64,000 bases of DNA from Candidatus Krumholzibacteriota bacterium (GTDB lineage: Bacteria; Krumholzibacteriota; Krumholzibacteriia; JAJRXK01), in the NCBI GenBank assembly GCA_963764625.1, contig CAVXTH010000005.1, positions 96,001 through 160,000 of the forward strand, in the 5' to 3' direction. How positions within the stretch are numbered: position 1 is the first letter of the stretch; every line of letters starts with the position of its first letter. The notes beneath the pieces were generated by a model. The model ran no database searches. It saw nothing but the letters and a program-made list of their open reading frames with translations, and was not told the origin of the DNA. Below are positions 56,756-64,000 of the stretch, piece by piece. The position numbers were made by a program, and so were the translations under genes.

Positions 56756-58915
56756 ATGTGGACTCTGCTCTGCGAGATCGACTCCACCCGCAGCGATCGA
56801 TACGGGCGCAAGGCTTGCCAACTCCTGAAGCCTCTGCAAGAGGGGCTCCCTCTCCCCGATTCGTGGGTGCTTTCCACCGAACGGCTCGCGGCCCTTCACG
56901 GGAATCCAGCTCTCGCAAAGCAAGCAGCTCGTGAACTTTTGACCCTCGCGCCCGAAGTGCAGAGCTTTCTCTTGCGTTCGTCCTCCCCCCACGAAGACCG
57001 ACCAAGCCAGAGCGCGGCGGGACTCTTCAAGAGCGTGCCCTGCGCCGCGCGTGAGGAAAGCTTGGTCGACGGACTGAACGAGATGGCCGCGAGCACCACC
57101 GACCCGGATCTTTCACGCCTGCTCGGGCTCGAGCCCGGCGGGGTGTCTCTCGCGATTCTCGCCCAGGAAAAGCTGTCCTTTCGGATTTGGGTCACGGTCG
57201 AATGCGACGGAGGGCGTGCGGAAAGCTCGAGGCTGCGCGCGGAGGGGTTCGTGCGCGAGCCAGGGCGCCGTTTGCAATTCGAGTTTCTCGCCTCCTCCAA
57301 AGGACGGGACTCGCACTGGCGAGAGGAGCTCGTCGCCGAAGATGAGCGGATGAGCGAGACGATCGAACCCATCGAATCGGTGCTCGCCCTCGCGCGCCGG
57401 GCCGTCGAAAGCGAGTCGGGCGCATGGCTGCTCGAGTTGGGCACGACGAACCATGGTCCGGTGCTCCTCCAGCGGCGGCCGGTGCAGAGCCTCGCGCCAG
57501 CGGGGAGCCCACCGCCGTGGGCAAAGACGAGCCTCCGGGAGGATCCACCCTTTGCAGACGCTCCACTCTTCGCCGGCGACGGGGAGAAGCACTGGGAACA
57601 CGATGCGGCGCACTCGCCCGGTCCCCTGTGCCCCCTCTTGGCCGGCATCTTCGTGCGATGGATCAGAGAAAAGGGCGAAGGACATCCGGCGCGTTTGATC
57701 CACGGACGTTGGTACGATCGGGCGGAAAGCGAACGATCAGGGCCGAGGGCGAATGAGACGGAAGCGGTACGGTGGCTAGAGGACGCTTTGAACGATTGGA
57801 CGAGCCGCCGAATTCCGCGGCTGCGGCGCGGGCTCGCCACGCTCTCGGCCGAGTTTTCCCCGCTCCCCTCTCCCTCGAAGTGGCCGCGCTTCGTCGAGGC
57901 GTGGTTGGCCTGGCAGAGCGACTATTTTGACGATGCGGCGTCCGGCCTTCGCCACGCAGCCACCACCATTCTACTGGACCTACGGCGGCGGGAACTCTCT
58001 CCTCCCCCCCTGCCTCCGACCGTGGCATTGCAGCGCGAGAGGGAAATGGACGAACTGGCCACGCGCCTGAAGAAGCTAAACGAAGAAGAGCGCGAGAGGG
58101 CGCTGGAGCACTTTCTCGTGCGGCACGGCCACGTGGCTCCCGGTCACACCGATGGCCGGGGCGTGCCCTGGCGCGAGGATCCCGGCCCGCTGCTGGCCGA
58201 ACTCTCCCACCGCGCGCAGCCCGACGCAGCCATCCAGGGTTCCAAAGAGGCCTCCTCCTCGACCCGATGCAAGGAGGAACCCGCGGCCCAACTCGCGGTG
58301 CGCGCCCTCGCCGAACTGGAAGATGACGACGACCTCCTGGCCCGCGCCTACGCGCTCTTTCGCGCGTGCGCGCTGGACCTGCAAGCCTGGATGCAGCCCG
58401 AAGCCGAGAGGGCCGAGATCCTCGACCTGCTACCCGACGATCTCGATCGATTGCTGGCGAGCGGTCCCGAATGCGACCCCGAGCGCTTCGCGACGGCGCG
58501 GGGCCGGGGCGCCGCGCTTGCGGCGCGTTGGGAAACCGAATTCGAGCGGGCAAACCCGCGCGACTCAGACCGGGTGGCGGTGGGAAGCACTTTGCGCGGC
58601 CAAGCTCTCGCCGAGGGAGAAGCCGAGGGCACGCCGTGCATCCTGTCCACGGCCCAGGCCGGGGGCGGTCCGCCTCGAGGAGCGATTCTGGTGGTTCCTT
58701 TGGTGCTCCCGAGCGACGCGGTGGTGTTTTCCCGCTGCGCCGCCCTCATCTGCGAGAGCGGGACGGTGTTGGGCCACGCTGCGGTCCTGGCGCGCGAGAA
58801 GGGAATTCCCGCGGTGGTCCTTCCCGGGGCGTGCGCGCGCCTGGCGCGGGTTCTTCGCGCGCGCGTCGATGGAGGACGGGGCCGCGTGGACATCCTGAGC
58901 GTGAGGAACGAATGA
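56756..58915 (+). CDS. Divergent PEP-utilising enzyme (PPDK-type ATP-grasp N-terminus, C-terminal phospho-His domain)
   Basis: YGRKA..L, LRSSSPHED...SAAGLF.S, LLQRRPV, FL.RHGH..W.EDP, ESGTVLGHAAVLAREKGIPAVV...VDGGRG.V. Confidence 0.75.
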   Translation: MWTLLCEIDSTRSDRYGRKACQLLKPLQEGLPLPDSWVLSTERLAALHGNPALAKQAARELLTLAPEVQSFLLRSSSPHEDRPSQSAAGLFKSVPCAAREESLVDGLNEMAASTTDPDLSRLLGLEPGGVSLAILAQEKLSFRIWVTVECDGGRAESSRLRAEGFVREPGRRLQFEFLASSKGRDSHWREELVAEDERMSETIEPIESVLALARRAVESESGAWLLELGTTNHGPVLLQRRPVQSLAPAGSPPPWAKTSLREDPPFADAPLFAGDGEKHWEHDAAHSPGPLCPLLAGIFVRWIREKGEGHPARLIHGRWYDRAESERSGPRANETEAVRWLEDALNDWTSRRIPRLRRGLATLSAEFSPLPSPSKWPRFVEAWLAWQSDYFDDAASGLRHAATTILLDLRRRELSPPPLPPTVALQREREMDELATRLKKLNEEERERALEHFLVRHGHVAPGHTDGRGVPWREDPGPLLAELSHRAQPDAAIQGSKEASSSTRCKEEPAAQLAVRALAELEDDDDLLARAYALFRACALDLQAWMQPEAERAEILDLLPDDLDRLLASGPECDPERFATARGRGAALAARWETEFERANPRDSDRVAVGSTLRGQALAEGEAEGTPCILSTAQAGGGPPRGAILVVPLVLPSDAVVFSRCAALICESGTVLGHAAVLAREKGIPAVVLPGACARLARVLRARVDGGRGRVDILSVRNE

Positions 58916-60357
58916 GAGCCTCGACGAAACACGGCGTATTCCCCGTGGCGGCGCTTCGTGCGAGCGCGTGGATTCTGGCGGCGCTCCTCTGCTCGGTCCC
59001 CGTCTCACGCGCGGAGACGAAGGGGCTTCCACGCGCTTCCGCCGACCGCATCGCGCGGGATCTGCGCGCCCTCTGCTCGTCGACGACGGGACGCGCGCCG
59101 GGAAGCCCGGGATTCGAAAACGCGCTGGAATACGCGGAGAGCACTCTGGGGAGTTTGGGATTGTCCCCGCGCCGTCAGAAAGTGCACGTTCATCGCTGGA
59201 TACCTGGAACCCTAAAGTTGACTCCCTTGCGCGCCGGCGAGTCTCCGCTCACTCTCCACTCCCTGGCGCGGAGCGGTGGCGTCGTCTCGGGGAACTTCTC
59301 GCTCCTCGACCTCGGGGAAGGCACTCGGGAGGAACTGCGCGAGGCGGCCCCTCTCATCCCGGGCCAGATTCTTCTCCTGGAAGCGGGAAACTCAGGTCAA
59401 GCGGAGCTGATCCACCGCCTCGAACAGGTGGACCGGGCCGCCGCCGCCGGCGCGGCCGCGGTCCTCTTCCTGAGTCCCCTCCGATGTGAACTCCAGGGGG
59501 TGGTGGCCTGGAACGGTGCGTCGGCGATTCCGGCCTACAGCGGCCGAGGTCTCGGGCGCTTGAAAGAGATCGCGGCCGCCGATTCCTCGCTCGTTCTCCG
59601 CACGCGCGAGGAGAAGCCCGGCGCGTTGCGCGAAGTTAGCTCGGCGAACCTCATCGCCGAGCTGAAGGGAAGCTCGCCCGCGGCGGGACAGATTCTGCTC
59701 AGCGCTCATCTCGACGCGTGGAATCTGGGCCAGGGGGCCCTGGACAATGCGGCGGGAGTGTGCGTGTTACTCGAAGCGGCTCGCCTCCTCTCCGCCCACG
59801 CGCCTCCCACGGAAGGACCGAGAGCGAGGCGCACGATTCGATTCGTTCTGTTCAGCGGGGAGGAGCTCGCGCTCGAGGGGAGCCGTGCCTATTTGCGGAA
59901 AGTCCGTGAAGGAAAGGAGGCGCCGCCGTCGGTGGTCGTAAACCTGGAAATGTGCGAGTCCCCCGCCGGGTTCGTGATTCACTCGGGGGAGAGTTTGACT
60001 CCCTTTCTGCAGAGAGTGGTGCTAGAGCACCGCGACTTGGGCCTCGACGCGGGGGTAGTGCAGCGACTCGATTTATACAGCGATCAGATGCCTTTCCTGT
60101 TGGCAGGCTTTCCCTCCTTCACCCTTGCGTATCATCGCGGAGAGAGCGCGCTCCTGCGCGCGCACACCGTCTACGATCGCATGGAGTCGATTGATCCAAA
60201 TGGGTTGGCGCGCAGCGCGGAACTCGTCGCCGCCACTCTGCTGGAGCTCGCTGAGGGCTCGGTTCCGATTCCTTCGCGTTTAGAGGACGCTTCGCTGCGC
60301 GAACTCTTCTCGCGAAACGATCGAGAGCTGAGTCATGTCCGCTCGCTGGGATACTGA
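58912..60357 (+). CDS. M28 family peptidase with PA domain
   Basis: NLIAEL, SAHLDAW..GQGALDN, FSGEE, N.E, SDQMPF, HT.YD; signal-like N-terminus; ATGA overlap with the upstream gene. Confidence 0.85.
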   Translation: MRASTKHGVFPVAALRASAWILAALLCSVPVSRAETKGLPRASADRIARDLRALCSSTTGRAPGSPGFENALEYAESTLGSLGLSPRRQKVHVHRWIPGTLKLTPLRAGESPLTLHSLARSGGVVSGNFSLLDLGEGTREELREAAPLIPGQILLLEAGNSGQAELIHRLEQVDRAAAAGAAAVLFLSPLRCELQGVVAWNGASAIPAYSGRGLGRLKEIAAADSSLVLRTREEKPGALREVSSANLIAELKGSSPAAGQILLSAHLDAWNLGQGALDNAAGVCVLLEAARLLSAHAPPTEGPRARRTIRFVLFSGEELALEGSRAYLRKVREGKEAPPSVVVNLEMCESPAGFVIHSGESLTPFLQRVVLEHRDLGLDAGVVQRLDLYSDQMPFLLAGFPSFTLAYHRGESALLRAHTVYDRMESIDPNGLARSAELVAATLLELAEGSVPIPSRLEDASLRELFSRNDRELSHVRSLGY

Positions 60358-60534
60358 GCGTAGCGAGCGAATCCGCTCCATGGTCACGCTTCTGAATCGA
60401 CCACTTGAACCCTGCAACACGCTGGTGTCACAATACGTAGACGCTGCGACTCGGGCCCGGAATTCTGCCGCGCCCTCCTCTCGTTTGCGATTGCAAGGAA
60501 CCCGGCGTATCCGGGGAAAGGATACATTTCAGCC

Positions 60535-63500
60535 GTGAAGACGAAGACCCTGACTCTCTTGTTCCTGGCGCTTCTGGCCAGCGGGCTCTTTTCCGGCGCC
60601 CGGGCCGAAGAAGGGACCAAGCTGCTCCGCTACCCGGACATCTCCGCTACTCAAATCGTTTTCGTCTACGCCGGTGATCTGTGGATCGTGGGTCGCGAGG
60701 GCGGACAGGCCCGCCGCCTCACGAGCGCACCGGGAATCGAGAGCTTTCCGCGATTCTCTCCGGATGGCAAATGGGTGGCCTTCAGCGCTTCGTACGATGG
60801 AAACACGGACGTCTACGTCATTTCTTCCCAAGGGGGACAGCCTCGCCGGCTCAGCTTCCATCCCTCGGCCGACTCCGTTCTGGACTGGTCGCCCGACGGC
60901 AAGAAAATTCTCTTTCGCTCCGCGCGAGTGAGCGCGCCGCAGAGATTCAATCGTTACTTCGAGGTGGAAATCGATGGTAAGGGAATGCCCGAACTCTTGC
61001 CGATTCCCCACGGAGGACCGGCCTCCTACTCGCCCGACGGAAAATCGCTGGCGTACAGCCCGCGCTCGCGCGAGATGCGCACCTGGAAACGCTACCGCGG
61101 GGGCCGCACCGATTACGTCGCGATCTTCCATCTCGACGACGGAAGCTACGAGGAGCTGCCCCGCGCGGCCGCGAACGACTTCTGGCCCATGTGGGCGCCC
61201 GGCGCCATCTACTTCGCTTCCGATCGCGATCGACATCTGAATCTCTGGCGCTACGATCTAAAGTCCAAGGAGCTGCGCCAACTCACCCACTTCAGCGAAT
61301 TCGACCTCAAGTGGCCCTCCCTCGGCCCGGACGCCATCGTGTTTCAGAACGGCGGCGAGCTGCACGTCTTCGATCTCGCGAGCGAGACGGAGAAAAAAGT
61401 GGTGATCGAGGTCCGGGGAGAGCTGCTCGTCGCGCGCACGAAGAGAAAGTCGGTGAAGGACGAAGTCCGCAACGCCTCTCTGTCGCCGAACGCGAAACGC
61501 GTGGCGTTCGAAGCTCGGGGAGAGATCTTCACCGTTCCGGCCGAGAACGGTCCGACCCGTCAGCTCACCCACACCAGCGGCATCTTCGAGCGCGATCCGG
61601 CGTGGTCGCCGGATGGAGAGCACATTGCGTACTTCAGCGACCGCGGCGGCGAGTGGGCCATCTATCTGCAGTCGCGCACGGGCGAGGACGAAACCAAGCT
61701 CATCGACTCCAAGGACAAGGCCTATCCTACCGACCTCATCTGGTCTCCCGACAGCGCAAAGCTGCTCTACACCGATCAGAGGGCCCGGCTGTGGTGCGTG
61801 AACGTCTCCGGCAAGAGCCGTGAACTCGTCGATTCATCGCCCGCGCGTGAGGGAGTGGAGCAGGCTGCCTGGTCCCCGGATAGCCGCTGGGTCTGCTATG
61901 CGAAGAGCGAGGACTACTCCAACCGGGACATCTGGCTCTGGTCGTATGAGACCAAGAAGAACTCTCGCATCAGCAGCTCGTTCTACGCGGACTTCGGGCC
62001 CACTTTCGATTTGAACGGCAAGTATCTGTATTTCGGCTCGCGTCGCAATTTCTATCCCAGCACGGATGTCTTCGACTGGCATTTCAGCTACTACCTGAAC
62101 AACGGTCTCTTCTGCGTGGTGCTCGACTCTTCCGCGCCCTCGCCCTTTGCTCCCAAGAACGACGAGGAGAAGCCAAAGGAAAAGGACGAGGACGAGGCCA
62201 AGAAGGGCGTTCCAAGGACGAGAAAGAGGATGGCGCCGACAGGAAGAGGTGCAGAGGACGGTCATCGACCTCGAGGGAATCGGTGATCGGATCGTTCCTC
62301 TTGCCGGTGCCCTCGGGAAACTACAGCGGGCTGAGCGGAGGCAAGGGCAAGCTCTTCTATCTGAGCGAGGATTTCGAGTCCGAACAGGCGGCCCGCCCAG
62401 ACGGCCCGAAGGGACAGGAGCTACTGGTCTTCGACATGGAGGAGCGCGAAGGCGCCGAGGTCTTGGGTGGCATCAACGGCTTCGGAATCGACGCGAAGGG
62501 AAAGAAGCTCCTGGTACTGAGTGCTGGCGGCTCCTACTCGATCGTCGACGCGGCGAAGGATCAGAAAGCAGACGATGGCGTGCTCGATCTCTCCGGCCTG
62601 GTCACCACCATCGACTACCGGGAGGAGTGGGCTCAGATCTTCCACGAGGCTTGGCGCATCGAGCGCGATTACTTCTGGGATCCCGGCATGGGTGGCAAGG
62701 ACTGGGACGCGATCGGAAAGCGCTACGAAAAACTCTTGCCCTGGGTCGCCCACCGCAGCGATCTCAACTACCTCATCGGCGAACTCATCGGCGAACTGGC
62801 CACTTCCCACACTTACGTGGGCGGGGGAGACTACCCGAAGATACCCCACGTGGGAGTGGGTCTGCTGGGAGTCGATTTCGCGCCCGGCGAGGGCTACTGG
62901 CGGCTTGCGAAGATCTACCCGGGAGAGGACTGGGACGAGGATCGCGTGGCGCCGCTTCGTGCTCCCGGCCTCGATGTCAAAGAGGGCGACTATCTCATCG
63001 CGGTCAACGGGATGGAGGTTCCCGTCGGCGACAACCCCTACTCCCATTTCCAGGGAATGGCCGAACAGGAGATCACTCTTCTCATCAACGACAAGCCCTC
63101 GCGCAAAGGGGCGCACGAGATCCTGGTGACCACCATCGGCAACGAGAGCGGTCTGCGCTATTACGACTGGGTGGAGAGCAACCGCAGGAAAGTGGACGAG
63201 GCGACCGACGGTCGCGTGGGCTACATGCACGTGCCCAACACGAGCATCGCGGGCCTGCGCGAATTCGACAAGTACCTCCAGGCCCAAACCCTCAAGAAGG
63301 CCCTCATCGTCGACGAACGCTACAACGCGGGCGGAATGATCCCGGATTTCTACACGAACAAGCTCAAGAAGAGGCTCTTGAATTTCATCTCTCCGCGAGA
63401 CGGGAAGGACATGCCCTGGCCACCGAGTACTCTGTTCGGGCCCAAGGTCTTGTTGGTGAACGAATTCGCAGGCAGCGGCGGGGACTGTTTTCCCTGGTAC

Positions 63501-63815
63501 TTCCAGCAGGAAAAGATCGGACCCGTCATCGGCATGCGGACCTGGGGAGGTCTGGTGGGGTACTCGCGGATCATTCCCATGCTGGACGGCGGACGGGTCA
63601 CCGCGCCCGAGATCGCCTTCTGGAGTCCGCAGAACGGGGGTCAGTGGATCGTGGAGAACCACGGAGTGGATCCCGACATCGAAGTCGACAACCGGCCCGA
63701 TCTGGTGGCGAAGGGACAGGATCCACAGCTGGAGAAGGCGATCGAGGTGGTTTTGAAAGAGCTGAAGGAGCAGCCGCCGTTGCCCGAGCGTCCGGCGTAT
63801 CCGCGCGGACGCTAG
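60535..63815 (+). CDS. Tricorn protease (S41B: PD40 propellers, PDZ, catalytic domain); apparent frameshifts at about 62205-62300
   Basis: LLRYPDI..IVF.YAGDLW, PD40 repeats, WKRYRGG. An intermediate frame reads TVIDLEGIGDRIVP. Then SHTY, GLLG, GYMHVP, DERYNAGG, GSGGD, RTWGG, ENHGVDPD. Confidence 0.88.
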
Positions 63816-64000
63816 TCCTCGATCGGCTTTTCCTGGTGCGGCGCGTAGCGCACGACGGTGACTCGCTCGAGGGTGACGAGACCACCGGAGAGAATGTCGG
63901 CCGCCTCCTCCAGGAGGCGGTCGATCTTTTTTCTCTCGTCGACGATTTCGATCACCATGGGAAGATCCTCCGAGAGACGCAGAACGCGGGCCGTGTGCAA
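63812..64000 (-). CDS. 3' part of a DUF190 (PII-like) protein
   Basis: HTARVLRLSEDLPMVIEIVD...GLVTLERV; start lies outside the window. Confidence 0.85.
   Translation of the reverse strand: MHTARVLRLSEDLPMVIEIVDERKKIDRLLEEAADILSGGLVTLERVTVVRYAPHQEKPIED

Noticed and set aside
56756-58915. Calling this gene ppsA or rph
   Set aside because: It has no pyruvate-binding barrel, and the central domain is too divergent to assign rifamycin specificity.
195-64000. Many long antisense or alternative-frame ORFs (e.g. 4034-5647+, 9306-11444-, 40787-42646+, 52780-55254+)
   Set aside because: They are shadows of recognisable genes in GC-rich DNA and have no family motifs.

Overview
GC-rich bacterial chromosomal segment with about 50 coding regions and no recognisable rRNA, tRNA, CRISPR array, integrase or transposase. 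FlgD-Ig/CTD-type C-termini, a PorV/PorQ-like barrel and FG-GAP proteins suggest an FCB-related lineage such as Krumholzibacteriota, Latescibacterota or Eisenbacteria (inference). Housekeeping genes include tmk, rsmI, a split NAD synthetase, trkAH, ltaE, HU, rsgA, metG, xth, add, maeB and rlmB. The main candidate for an undescribed system is a five-gene minus-strand operon at 20352-30381. It encodes a secreted scaffold of alternating Ig and YhcR-like double-OB-fold repeats with a FlgD/CTD tail, a PorV-like barrel, a ComEA-HhH/beta-barrel fusion, a FadL-like barrel and a secreted 5'-nucleotidase. Together these read as an extracellular nucleic-acid capture and nucleotide-harvesting module. Other points: about ten correctly placed sigma54 (-24/-12) promoter motifs, a ptsN-like gene paired with a short FlgZ/CdsZ-like zinc ribbon, a D2-only Clp ATPase, a divergent PEP-utilising enzyme between two peptidases, and a 54-aa membrane protein missing from the ORF track. 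Several genes carry clustered frameshifts that look like sequencing indels. All product calls come from motif reading, not from database searches.
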